In this document: positions 12,723-25,530 of the stretch, piece after piece | Layout of the letters: every line of letters starts with the position of its first letter | How positions within the stretch are numbered: the first letter of the stretch is position 1 | NCBI GenBank assembly: GCA_951406725.2 | Contig: OX597817.1 | Location: 58,652,001 to 58,716,000, forward strand | Source: Octopus vulgaris | Lineage: Eukaryota | Length of the DNA stretch: 64,000 nucleotides | Direction of reading: 5' to 3' | Notes under the pieces: generated by a model | What the model saw: only the letters and a program-made list of their open reading frames with translations | The model's database searches: none | What the model was told of the DNA's origin: nothing | Made by a program: the position numbers and the translations under genes

Positions 12723-13494
12723 TTATTAATTAATATTATCTACATTGAGTTCTACAATTAAAAACGAATTATTTCCCATTTGCTCAAAGTTTCTGAATCT
12801 TGATGTCAGACATCTTATTTGCTAATTTATCTGTGAATGCATTAAATTAATTTTTTTATCTCTTGGAATTAATTTTCTGTGGTTTAAGGTCGAAATAAAT
12901 CAATTGAAAATTACAGCAAAATTAGGGAACGGTCGACAAACTCGGCTGGAATTAATGTTATCAGTAGACTGACTGTTGGCAGAGAAAGGCAGGGAGACAG
13001 AAAAAGGAAAGATGAAAATATTAATTTAATTCCTCCCTTTGGTCTTTGGCACTGAACCTGTTGGTGTAATTATTAGAAGGAGTTAAATTCTAATAAAAAC
13101 TGAAAATATTAACTGCAATGTTTCCATAATCAATATGTTGTTCATATATGTAATGAAGGGTCTGTCTGGAATTCTTGTGTTTAGAGCCAAATGCAGACAC
13201 AGGAGCATGCATACAGTGTGAGTGGGTACATGCATAGAGACAGACATAAATGTATAAATCCATATACATATTTTTTACACACACATATATATATGCACAT
13301 ATTTAATGTAAGACAAAAACAGAAAAAGCAAATATCTGAAAATAAGAGAACTGTGGAAAGAAAATGTTGAAAACATGATTGTAAATTGCTGGAGAATATA
13401 TTGGAAATCGTTAGTCATCATGTGATGGGAGGGGGGAGAGAAACTGGGCAGTGAGGAAACTTATGGACTTGAGTTGTTCAATTACTTATTTGCT

Positions 13495-14052
13495 CAGATG
13501 GCTACACCAGGCTTCAATCTTGATCTGGCAGAGTTTCTACAGCTGGATGCCCTTCCTAATGCCAACCACTCCGAGAGTGTAATGGGTGCTTTTTACGTGC
13601 CACCGGCACAGGTGCCAGTAAGGCGACACTGGTAACGATCATGCTCGAATGGTGCCCTTTTACATGCCACTGGCATGGAAGCCAGTTGGCTGCTCTGGCA
13701 ACGATCACGCTCTGATGGTGCTCTTGGCACCCTACTAGCACGGGCACAAGTGCCAGTAAGGCGATGCTGGTAACGATCGCACTCAAATGGTGCCTTTTAT
13801 GTGCCACTGGCATGGAAGCTGGTTAGCCGCTCTGTCAACGATCACACTCGTATGGTTCTCTTTGCACCCCGCTACCACGGATGCCAGTCATCGAATTTGA
13901 TTTTGGCATTAGAAAGGGCATCCAGCTGTAAAAACTCTGCCAGATCAAGATTGGAGCCTGGTGCAGCCATCTGGTTCACCAGCCCTCAGTCAAAATCGTC
14001 CAACCCATGCTAGCATGAAAAGCTGACATTAAACGATGATGATGATGATGAT
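13495..14052. mobile_element. RTE 3'UTR insertion with inverted 5' part
   Basis: 13495-13902 is in minus orientation; 13903-14052 is in plus orientation with a (GAT)n tail. An uninverted sibling lies at 60085-60648. Confidence 0.75.
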
Positions 14053-16635
14053 TTCCTGTAAGTAAACAGTAACACCATCTAATGTCCATTTTCCATGCTG
14101 GACATGGATTGAGTTGCACCAAACTCTAACATCTATTTTTGCATGCTTTCCATGGCTGGATACCCTTCCTAACATCGGCCCCTTTACAGAGTGCTAGTGG
14201 GGGCTTTTTACATGACACCAGTACCAGTGAGGTGACCATGTAACTTTGCAAGACAAAACTCCGCTCAACCATGGGGGAGAAGTATTGAGGGTGAAGGCTT
14301 TGTGCCAGGTGATGAGAAATTAAAGTAAGATTGAGGTACAGGAACAGCTGTCTTGCTGTAGGGGAATTATATGCATCAGGTGGAAGAAAAGGATGGAGAG
14401 GAGCAGGAAAGATGTCATTAACATTTACGAATCAGAGCTGGTCCCTGATTTGATGACTAAAACTAGGGAGCTGTAAACATAAATTTCAAAGTGAAAAATA
14501 CTTAATCTTGATCATAAGAGACAAAACTCACAAAATGAAAGTAAAAACATTAACAAGATGTAAAAGAAAAAATACTGTTCTCATATATACGATGCACTTG
14601 TTGCAATGCATGTCCCAAAAGTCATGATACAATGCATGTCAAGTAATGTGATGCAGTGCACATGCTGCAATGCAATTTTGTAAGGTTTTTGGCAATGTTG
14701 CATTAAAATGCTTCCATGCAGTTGACAAGAAAAAGACAAATATTTGACCAAAGGAATTTTGAGCAAAAGCAAGAATACAAGAAAAAAACATTGTTGTTGT
14801 GAGATTCCAAACTTTTACCTCTGTGACATATTAGCAAATCAGTAAATATTCCCAGCCCACCCAACCCAACCTTTTTTAATCAATTAGATTAAAAAACAAT
14901 TTTCCAAAAATTTTATAGAATTAATATTTGATTGTTTCCTTGTGGAAATATTCTTCAGTTTTTTTTTTTATTTTATCTTTTATTTTTATAGTAAATCTTC
15001 CTAACAATGTCTCCTCATACCCTGACACCCATTGTCAAGATTGAAACATAAACCCTTCTCAAGAATAATTCACCTCTAAATAGCAACAAACCCTTTCATT
15101 GTGATCAGCCCCTGAATATTAGTCTCAAGTCCTAGGATTTATGGAATTGGTCAGCCATGGCTTGTAAGGGACAGGGGTCACAATATTCCCTCTGAATCGG
15201 TCGCCAGTCTAGCATAGTTGAGTGGATTGGAGAAATACGACAACAAAGATTTTGCTGAAGTATGGGCCCAGCGTAGGTGGTGACAGGAAGGAATGTGTTT
15301 AGGGGTTAGTGTGGGCCCAGTATAGGTGGCAACAGGAAGAAATGGGTTTAGGGGTTAGTGTGGGCCCTGTGTAGGTGGTGACGCAATACAATTGACAGGA
15401 GGAGGATAGACAAGTGAGTCAAGAACACACGGAAGTGACATGAAATCAGCCTCTGAGGAGCAGAGGCCATTATCTTCTTCCACAAGCTGCTGTCACTGAG
15501 ATTAATACCATACTTGGAATCTATGTCCTCCTTTAGCTTGCTATTTTTTGTCTTGTGCTCCTAATCAACTTCATAGCTTAGTGGTTGGGGTATTCGGTTC
15601 ATGATCGTAAGGTTGGGAGTTCGATTCCTGGTAGTATATTGTGTCCTTGAGCAAGACGCTTTATTTCACGTTGCCCCAGTTCCACTCAGCTGGAAAAAAT
15701 GAGTTGTACCTGTAATTCCAAGGGGGCCAGCCTTGTCACATTCTGTGCCACACTGAATCTCCTTGAGAACTACATTAAGGGCATGTGCATCTGTGGAGCA
15801 CTCAGCCACTAGCACATTTGTTCAACGAGCTGGCTGTTTGGTCGATTGTATCACCTGAAACACTCATAGTTGCAACCGACAGAGCACCAGGCCTTGCAAA
15901 CAACCCCACTCTATTTCAATAACCTTTGCCCTCCATCAGAGTATGAAATTCTCTAGAGCAGAATAACTGATATGGCATTTTCTCCAGTAAAACCTACCCT
16001 TGCATCGAGGTGGGTGGGATGTGTCCATAAAACTATTTTTTCTTGTGTTCACACCATGAGATGTTTTGAGCCCATATAAGGACCCTTGTATAGTTATCAT
16101 CATTTAACATCCATATTTCCATGCTGGCATGGGTTAGACAGAATCTGTTGAGGCAGATTTTCTACAGCTGGATGCTCTACCTGTCACCAACTCTTGCTTG
16201 TTTCCAGGCAAAGTAATATTTCCCCCACAGCCACAGATGTTTCTCATGGAAGACTAGAAACAGACAACATTGTTTGTACGACTGATAGCAGTGGTATAAA
16301 AATAGAGGGAGAGGACATGGCATGCCAGTGGGCCAGAGGTTGGAATGAGTTGGTCCATGTTATTCCATTCAGATGCAGGCTTTCTACATTTTCAAACAGC
16401 CACAAACTTGCAACTGTTGAAACTAAGCAATAATCACACTCCTGGCAGTAGTCATCCCTAATCTTTACTTTAATCCCTAAAATGATCCTAAACCACTTCA
16501 TCCTTTTTCCTTTAAACTAACCCTCTCACCCCCACCACTACACTGCAAGCTTCCACCTCATTTGATTTTGATGAGTTTTCTCCCTTGCCTTTCTTTTCAA
16601 GAATCATTAAACCTAATAATAAATTAATCAATCAT

Positions 16636-16821
16636 TTGGTAGTGGGGCGGGGTGTCACTATACTAAGTATGATAGCCGTAACTAAACTATGTGTACTTCA
16701 TGCAGAGGGAGTCTCTGAAAAATGTTCCCCAGTAATTTATTTTAAATTGTCAAATCAAGGAATGTTTCCCCTCTTACAAATCTTTATAACTTTTTATTGA
16801 GTCATATAAGATTTGGGAAGT
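16636..16821. repeat. ~180-bp interspersed repeat, copy 1 (copy 2 at 22374-22547)
   Basis: Both copies share AAAATGTTCCCCAGTAATTTATTTTAAATTGTCAAATCA and the same boundaries TTGGTA...ATTTGGGAAGT. Confidence 0.85.
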
Positions 16822-17812
16822 AAATAATATATTTTGCTGAGGAGGCCTAAATAAAAATGAAACATATCCAGAGTTGTCCTCATACTTAAACATCCTCCCT
16901 CATACCTCAAACTGCATTTTCAGATTTGATTTTTAGTTTGAATTCTAGAGTTGTCTACCTTTGTCTTTCATAATAAGGATTAACCAGTAATTAAGCTATA
17001 ATCAGGCAGCAAGCTGGTGGAATTGTTAGCACACCAGACAAAATGTTTGGTGGCATTTCTTCAGATTTTATGTTCTGAGTTCAAACTCCACCGAGGTCAA
17101 CTTTGCCTTTCATCCTTCCAGAGTTGATAAAATACAATTTAAGCATTGAGATCAATATAACAAACTAGCCTTTGTCCCATAAAATTTCAGGCCTTGTGCC
17201 TAGAGCAGAAAGAAAAACAAAATTACGCTATTTACTTTTTTTCTTTCTTAAGGGTGGGATTTAAATCAATCAATGTTTGTCAGGGGGAGGGGGTCTTGCT
17301 ACATGAAATACATCGTTCTCTACTGACCAACCATGAACAACAATGTGACTATATTTAATGGACTTTTCGGTTGGAATTCTGATTAAAGGACACTGATCAT
17401 TTCACAGACTGGAGACTTCTGGGAGTAACCAGGCTATCCTTTACTCTAGCATATCACACAGGGATACCAATTCATTCAATAAACTGACATGAAATGAGAT
17501 CAAATCCTTCCTCATAACCAATTACTTTTCAATGGTTATACCCGTTTCACCCTTGTAATTATTGGGTGGAAGAGGGAGGGAGGGAGGATTGCATCACATT
17601 CTGGTGATATTTCAAAACACCTTGATGTAAGGTGTGGTGTCTTGATGCACCCCGTGTCTGCTGTAATGATGCACCCTCTGCCAGATATGTCTGGATACAG
17701 CTTGTATAGATTGTGGTTTTTTGATGTGATCTTTGTACTTTAAGACAGATTGTTAGCCACTACACACATTTTTTTTCTCTCCTCGTTTCTCTCCTTGTTT
17801 TTTTCTGTGTCC

Positions 17813-17848
17813 CTTTCTGTAGAAGAGCATAGGCTCGAAACGTAAAAG
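17813..17848 (+). ncRNA. Minimal hammerhead-like motif with variant core, in a Penelope-like repeat
   Basis: CTTT-CTGTAGA-A-GAGC-atag-GCTC-GAAA-CGTA-AAAG: stems I and II pair and ACGT is a palindromic stem III. Core position 6 is U rather than A. A degenerate sibling lies at 51000-51035 (-). Confidence 0.5.
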
Positions 17849-19611
17849 ACTTTTTCAATTTTCTGAGCGTTATACTAATACATCTATTTGTTTTATACAC
17901 CACCTGTCTTTGTCTTTTGTTTTTTTCTTGAACTCTCCCCTTATATAGTTATATATATATATATATTTTTCTCCATCGTCCACAGGGGGTTAAGCACAGA
18001 GGGGACAAACAAGGACAAAGGGATTAAGTCGATTACATCGACCCCAGTGCGTAACTGGTACTTAATTTATCGACTCTGAAAGATGCAAAGCAAAGTCAAA
18101 CTTGGGGGAATTTGAACTCAGAACGTAACAGCAGACGAAATACCCCTAAGCATTTTGCCCGGCATGCTAACGATTCTGCCATATATATATATATATATAT
18201 AATGACATATAAATGTAAATATTAAGGTTGGACACTTTGTTTCAATGAAAAGCTCATCAGTGGAGTGTGTGATAGATTTGTACACAGTATTAAGTCCTAG
18301 ATATGAAGTCTTTTGACAAATATTTGGCAACAACATTGAATATTTCAAGTAAAACTGAAATAATATGATACAAACTAGAATAAAGTAGAATTCAGTAGAA
18401 ATATGAAAAGTATCAATGAAAGAATATCTTAAAAGCAAAAAAAAGTTGACTGTTTCTGGATGATAAATAATATTTGGCAAGAAATAGTTTATGGCTGAAG
18501 AATTTCCGGAAGTTTAAAAATGTTTTCATGATTTGTTAGTCGAATAAGAATCAGAATCGATGATGTATTTGTTATATTTTACTATTTTGTAGCATTAATA
18601 AATAACTATTTTATAGTTATTTATTAATTATCTATACTAATTACTATCGTTAAGTATTGTAGTTAAATTAGAAGATAAGAATGATCAAACAGTATCTTTC
18701 ACATTTATTCTTAATATATTCTGGCAGATTTGAATACAAATATGTTAATCACTGTTGTGTTTGTCACAGGAGAAAAGCTCCTTCTCTGCAATGGCAATGT
18801 GTTCACAACATACACAATTCATTAGAACAAAGAATTCTGGGACACAATTCCAATAGGTCATCAGCCAGAAGTACCCAGTTCAATAAATCTAATAAAAGTC
18901 GATGGTTTTGTTTATAATTTCAGCAAACAAACTTTTTGCTGATCTATTCTGACATTGGCCAATGCTGTTAACCATGCATATGAGAGCTTATTACTATCAA
19001 AGCCAAGCTATTAGAAGCTGTGTCATCACAATAGCTTATTACTTAAGATCTGTCCAACTAGGTGGTTAGGCTGACATGTTCCATACAGCTTTATACTTTA
19101 GTCACAATCTCAACCAGAATCACAACATAAAATGGGAGATAGAGAGGTGCTTCTTTTCAATAGAATTGTAGAAAATGTGTCATTCAAACGCACATCTTCA
19201 ACCCAAAGCACAATTTTTGTATCTAAAGCTCAGTAAATCAAGATCTTATTGGTTTCTTACTGGTATTGAAGTATGGCCAGCAGTACAAGACATTGGTGAA
19301 ATGCTGTTGCAGTGCAGGTCATTTTTTGTAACAGGGAGCAGAGTAAGGCTCTTACAATTTTGTCCTATGGTCAACAGGAAAAATCTAGCGGAAAGATATA
19401 TTGAAGATCACATGACTTGACCACAAAGGTAAACAAAATCAAAAGTGATTAAACGAAAAATGACATTTTCAAGCAATGCTTTGGCAATAAATTTCTTGAT
19501 ATTAGAGTTGAGTTAGTGAGACATAACGAAGTTAGTGATTGATTGGTAGAAAAGAATGCAACACTAACGATGATCATTGAAATATAATTTAAACAATAAA
19601 AATACAAAATC

Positions 19612-19617
19612 TTTATT
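19612..19617 (-). promoter_or_regulatory. Candidate polyadenylation signal for the COLGALT mRNA
   Basis: AATAAA on the minus strand about 1.25 kb after the stop, followed by U/GU-rich sequence. An alternative AATAAA lies at 20476-20481. Confidence 0.3.
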
Positions 19618-20868
19618 GATTTAGAGAGAGAAGGAAATTAAGTAAACAGACAACTGCTGAAGATGACCAATTATAGATCTTAGCCACTGGAACTAAGGAC
19701 GATAGTTTAAAAAAAAAAATCCTTGATTTTTCTCATCAGTTTATCGAAAGAAGCATCAAGCAATATTAACATAGGATTTTTTTTTAAGCAAATAATTTTT
19801 TTTTTTAACATATCAAAAAAAACCAAAAAAAAACCAGGAAAATGACATGATTTGATGGCAGAACATTCCAAAGAAAAAAAGAAAAGTTTGGACTGCAAAA
19901 GAAAAGCAATTTTTCTTAAAAACATTTTTTTATCAGTGGAGAGGTCGTGGCGGTGGGGTTCAGAATGTTTTGAAAGTCCAAAAGTCTGTGGGATTAAAAG
20001 AAAAAGCAAAAAAAAACACCACTGAAAATGAATTTCTTTTTTCATTTTTCTCACCTGAACTGTGATGAGTTTACTTTGGTATAAAAATATCAATGACTTT
20101 GATACAAAGAAATTTAATATTTTAGAATAGAAATAACTGGTTATTTATGGGGGGTTTTGTACAGGTCAGTTGGGAAAGGGATGAGGGCAAAACTCTTTCG
20201 AGGTTCAGGAAATTTTTTCTTTTATCTCTGTATTTAACTCTAATCTTATTATAAATGATTGTTGTCATGGTAACATTTTCATAACAAAATTAGTTTTACA
20301 AGCTGCTTTAATCTGTGTGTGTGTTTATGTGTAGATGTGTCTGTGTGTGCACGTATGCTTTAGAATGGGTCTACTTGTGTGGCTTATAAAATATCAATGT
20401 TTGTGTAGCTCTATATAAAAATAGTCAAACATTATTTTGAAGAACCCATCTCTTCCTTTCAGTAGAGAACCATATTTTATTTTATGTTTTGGCTTTTACA
20501 AGGAAATGGTGACAGTGACATCGAAGTAGTAGGTTAGTAACTGTCATCAATCCAGATGAATATGAAACCAATATTTCAAAGTTACTGTCAACGTTTTCCT
20601 TGTAAAAATAAAATACTAAATGTGTGTGTGTGTGCAAAGCCTGAAAAGAAATTTGGCAAAATAGAACAAGGGAACAAGACTGCTTCTGCCCCAGGATGGG
20701 GGAGTTCTCTCAAAATTCAAGATGGCTAAGATTTTTTTTAGGGAGAAGCCAGATATCCTTGTACCTGTTCTAGGCTCTTCAGGCACTGGACCCAACTACT
20801 GGCTAAATCCAACTCTTATAAGCTGTGTGTGTGTGTGCGTGTGTGTGTGTGTTTTATGTTTAAGTATT

Positions 20869-21079
20869 TCACAATTCCACTTTCGGACTGTCAACATTGA
20901 GACCAGCGGCGGCAATTTCATTTTCGTCTTCCTCTTCCTCTTTACCTTCAATCAGGTCTGAGTCTTCGGTATCAGACAAGTACTCTGCTTCTCCAGTATA
21001 ATGTGTTGGATATACAAGTAATGGTTCTGCCGACAGTCCGACCAAATTGCGGGGGAAGAAAAAGGATTTCCATTCATCT
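20869..21079 (-). CDS. COLGALT1: Procollagen galactosyltransferase (GT25, COLGALT/GLT25D family), last coding exon
   Basis: Acceptor ttgcag; (E)DEWKSFFFPRNLVGLSAEPLLVYPTHYTGEAEYLSDTEDS...PKVEL-TGA. Contains the conserved SAEPLL.YPTHY.G...Y.SDTE motif and a KDEL-like end. Confidence 0.95.
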
Positions 21080-21332
21080 CTGCAAACATAAAAGACAAAC
21101 AACCAACAAACATTACTCTCCCTCTCGAAAATTCCTTATCATAATGTCTATAATAGTGATATCAAGTGTGAGTTGTGAAATTCTTCAGATGTGCTACAAT
21201 ATTCTACATGGCTTAAAAATTGCCCAAATACTGATTTTTTTCCCATTTCTAAATAATAATTACACATATTTCGTTTTGGTTTGCAAGATTCTTTATATGA
21301 GTTTGTGTATTGAAGCATATTCTGTCGTGTCT

Positions 21333-21554
21333 GGGGAGAGTCATTTTTTTTTTGTGCCTTATAATGTAACACACTCACCAGTAAAATTTCCACTTTTTTC
21401 TTATTTTTATTGTCCTAAAACTATAGAAAAGAGAGTCAAAACTATTGAAAAGGTTGCAAGACGCAACAAAAATTTTAGGACAATAAAAATAACAAAAAAG
21501 TGGAAATTTTACCTGTGAGTGTGTTATATAAGGCACAAAAAGATGACTCTCTCC
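21333..21554. mobile_element. MITE-like inverted repeat (~85-bp arms)
   Basis: 21333-21420 is the reverse complement of 21473-21554 (GGAGAGTCAT...TGTCCTAAAA / TTTTAGGACA...ATGACTCTC). Confidence 0.85.
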
Positions 21555-23604
21555 AAAATTACACATTAATTACTCATTTTGGCTCCGTCTACCCTGACAT
21601 TTATTTCCTAATTCTATGAAGTTTAATTTTATAAATATGTATATCATTTCATAAGTTTGATTTGGCTTTCAGTATGTTCTTGCACCCCTTGAAGTAATTT
21701 GTATAAGAATAAGGGTACCCAGGGCAATTGCTCTCTTTGACCCCCTAGAATGCTATCTCACACCCCTTAGGGGTGCGAGCACCCTTGGTTGGGAAACCCT
21801 TAGTGGACAAAGAAAGAATTGTTAGTGACACCAGGTGCCACTCACAAGGCTTTGGTTGACCCAAGGTTATAGTAGAAGACCCTTTCCCAAGGTGCCACAC
21901 AGTGGGACTGAACCTGGAACCATATGGCTGGGAAGCAAGCTTCTTACCACACAACCATGCCTGTTCCTCTGCAAATGATTACAGAGCATTCTATATGCAC
22001 TTTAGAGAAACAGTTTTATCATGGGTTTAAGGAAGATCAATGCTTTACATAATACTATAATAGCAACAGAGTCGTCATTGGCCATCCATCATTGGTCAAT
22101 GTTGACCGTTCTGTTCAGAATTCCTCTGAACAAAACACCACGGGACAGTGAATATGGCAGTTAAGGTCATAACCGTCACCCCACCAAACTGTCTCTCTAG
22201 GCCTCTACGCCAAGCATCAAGTAGTGTACAAGAGTGTAACAAGCTTAGTTGATAACAGGGCTTCCCCACAGTAGCAGCTCACTTGTTAGTTGTCGCCAAA
22301 CCATTGTCTGATGGTAGAGATCTTCTGTTTGGCTGTAATAACCTTCAAGCTGTTGGTCTTGGAGTCTTCTGCCTTGGTATTGGGGTGGGGAGTCACTATA
22401 TTAAGTATGATACTATATGTCCTTCATGCTGAGGGAGTCTCTGGAAAATGTTCCCCAGTAATTTATTTTAAATTGTCAAATCAGGGAATGTTTCCTCTCT
22501 TACAAATCTTTATAACTCTTTTTTGAGTCATATACGATTTGGGAAGTTCTGCTGCCAATGTCCTCACCATATCCTCAGCACAGGAAGCTGAGGCGTTGCT
22601 AGCCCTTTCCCAAGTGCCATTAAAGTATAATGGTGAGATAATGTATTTGTATAGAGTATAGTGGCGACATTACCATACCAGTAATTATAGTAAAGCAGTA
22701 GAAAGATCGAAGAGCAGTGATAGAGAATAGCACATATTTGGTATAAGCGTAAAATCCACCACCTTATATTACAAGCTCATTGAACGATCCCCTGGCGACT
22801 TCCTTGATATACACTTGTCCACCTGGGGGCCAGTCATGAGCTGTACGCAGCAGCTGATGTAGAAGCTGTTTGCCTATCAACTATTAAGATGTGAACCCGG
22901 CAATCCGTTGATGACATGTTAAGTGACTAACTGGCAGTTGAAGGGAGATAACTAGTGACAATATTAAGGAAACTCTTCAGCAAAAGTCAGTGTTTTGTGC
23001 GAGTGAAGAGATTTCGTGTGTTTCCCATTTTGTATCTTTTACTTGTTTCAGTCAACTGGACTGCGGCCATGCTGGGGCACAGCTTTATATGTATATTTGT
23101 ATATTATACATTCCCACGAGTGTGTTTGTGCTTATATGTAAATGGAATAGTGTGAAATGAAGTGTTTTGTTCAAGAACACAACACAGTGCTGAGGCTGGG
23201 AATTGAACGCATGATGCCAGGTCCACCTGACAGGCTTCCGTTCCGGTAGCACGTAAAAAGCACCAACCCCAGACTGGCTCCTGTGCTGGTGGCGAACATG
23301 ATCGATGCCAAGGCTGCCTGACTGGCTCCCATTCCGGTGGCACATAAAAAAGCACCCACTACACTCTTGGAGTGGTTGGCATTAGGAAGGGCATCCAACT
23401 GTAGAAACAGTCAAACCGTCCAACCCATGCCAGCATGGAAAACGGACATTAAACGATGATGATGATGATCTGACAAGTGTGAGGGCAACACTCTAACTAC
23501 AACAAGGCCATGCACCTTCATGGAGTAGTAGTAGTCGTAGTAGCAGCATTATGTAGCAGTAAGTTACTATGGAAGTTGTAAAATAGCCAAAACAAAAGAC
23601 TTAC

Positions 23605-23808
23605 TCTGGATGTCGGTCAAACATGACCGGAATATACTCATCAACGGGTATCATTTTGGACAAGGGATCAGCATCCAACAACTTTTGAGCCCCTTCAAGG
23701 GTCATGATGTAACTTAACGTCCAGTAGGAATAGTTGGGCCAAACCAACATTGTTGTGCCAGGTACATCAGGTTCTGGTTTTCGAAATAATCTTTTTCTGC
23801 CAAGATAT
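23605..23808 (-). CDS. COLGALT1: COLGALT exon (204 nt)
   Basis: AG/GT bounded, phase 2-2; [67 protein letters not shown]. Confidence 0.97.
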
Positions 23809-25059
23809 CTGAAAGACAAAAGCATATTCCTGAATTCCACACATTCCAACATTTGTTGCTGTTGTTGTTAAGCAAGAAGACGGGTAAGGGTGATTAGGTG
23901 ATGGTCTAGGGCTGAGGGGCGGGAGACCCCAGACCTTGGAAAAAAAAGAAACTTTGGTCGTCTTGTAGTCGAGGGCTCTTCGTTGGCGCCCGACACCACT
24001 GGGGGGTGGCCCTCGAAGTTGCTGGAAATGGAGATCTCCAGGTGCAAATTCTTGGACGGCTGCTGCTGTTGTAGTTATCCAACCTCAGCTCAGTCCTAAT
24101 TAAATGTAGTCCAACCATGACTAATCCACAAAATGTCCAATTTTCCATTGTAACTTTTTTTTTTTTGATAGCGTGTGATTTAAAGGAGATTTAGCAGCTC
24201 TATTTTTAACAGGTTGAGGGACTACATAGAGGACCCCTTTATTATAATAAAAGTGTTGGCTTACAAACTGAAAACTAGTTGCAGGCATTGTATTGTGTCT
24301 TAGAGTAAAAAGACATTCCATTTCAGTCCATCTATGCAACAGAAGTAAAGGCGAATTTGCTGTGGCATTTGTCTTAAGATAAAATCTCTTATGGCTGTGT
24401 TGTGTTTAATACACCAGAGGCAGGCAAAAGCCATTTTAGCAGTTTTTGTTTAGGAAATGGTTCTGATTACTTGGCATTAAGAGGCAAATCCAAAAGTGTG
24501 AAAACCACTTCATCCAGGGGCACATGCTAGATATCAGGGTGAAGATTATTAAATCAAGAACGAAATCCCTATGATTGTATCTATAAATAATGGCGAGTTA
24601 CTTTTAAATGAAAATAATTGAGATAATTCCATGTAAATTAGTTGGGTGTAAAATATCAAAGTGAAGATCTGTCAAGGACAAGAATGATGAAAGTATTTCA
24701 ATATTTGGTGATGTAAACATTAAATTGTCATGTTCTTATTGTAAAGGAGATAGTAAACAGAGGTTGTGGGGCACAAAGGTCATAGAATAAACTTCAACAG
24801 TAACTCACAGGGCAGACATTTGGCTGGTCATATAAGACATCTCGTGTAGGATTTTGGACTGAATTTTTGTCACCCCAAGCCATAACTTTGCTAAATACTT
24901 TGAAAGACATACTGTCTCTGACTTAAAATTTAAAAACATGTGGTCCTTATCCTAAAGATAGTAGGGTTCCCTTGATTTAGAATTTTAAAACCATGTGGTC
25001 CTTTTTTAATATTATTTCAAAGAATAATGGTAAGGAGGAAAACAGAATCAACAACATAC

Positions 25060-25187
25060 ACAAGATCCCAGTTTCTGACAATATATTCACATTCATAAAG
25101 TAGTTTTTCAAGCTTCTGTCGGAAGAATATTTCAAACCGTACATCGTCTTCAAATACGAGGGCTTTCCTGTAATTATTGTCGACAAC
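25060..25187 (-). CDS. COLGALT1: COLGALT exon (128 nt)
   Basis: Not in the ORF track in this frame. ttgtag acceptor, gtatgt donor; VVDNNYRKALVFEDDVRFEIFFRQKLEKLLYECEYIVRNWDL(V), containing the GT25 FEDD motif. Confidence 0.95.
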
Positions 25188-25472
25188 CTACAAAGAGAAG
25201 AGACATCTTTCCATTTGAACATCTCAGTGATAATGGTAAAACAGAGCCATATACGGTTGCTTAAGGGGGTTTCCCTTAATGTCTTCAGTGTGTGTTGTGA
25301 ACAATGTGGATGTTTTGTAATTCCCAGGGTTTCCCCCTTTGTTTGTGTGAGAGATGAGGAAGAATGTTTGCGTTGTTGTGTGGTGGGTGGTCATATCTGG
25401 ATGTTTTCTGGTGTTGAAAGTAAGAAAGAAGACAGTGGTTTTGATCGAGGCCACTTTCAAACAACTACTCAC

Positions 25473-25530
25473 ATCTTTCCATATGACAAAATGACTTAAA
25501 AAGCAGCCAATTTCTCCCATTGTCATCTGC
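25473..25530 (-). CDS. COLGALT1: COLGALT exon (58 nt)
   Basis: ttacag acceptor, gtgagt donor; (R)QMTMGEIGCFLSHFVIWKD, the GT25 GEIGC.LSH motif. Confidence 0.95.

Noticed and set aside
15259-15382. Interstitial telomere-like TTAGGG(G) motifs
   Set aside because: Isolated motifs inside a 2.5-copy ~49-bp tandem duplication, not a telomeric array.
23905-24120. GC-rich intronic insert as a possible alternative exon or CpG island
   Set aside because: No family motif, and the flanking COLGALT exons already join in phase without it.
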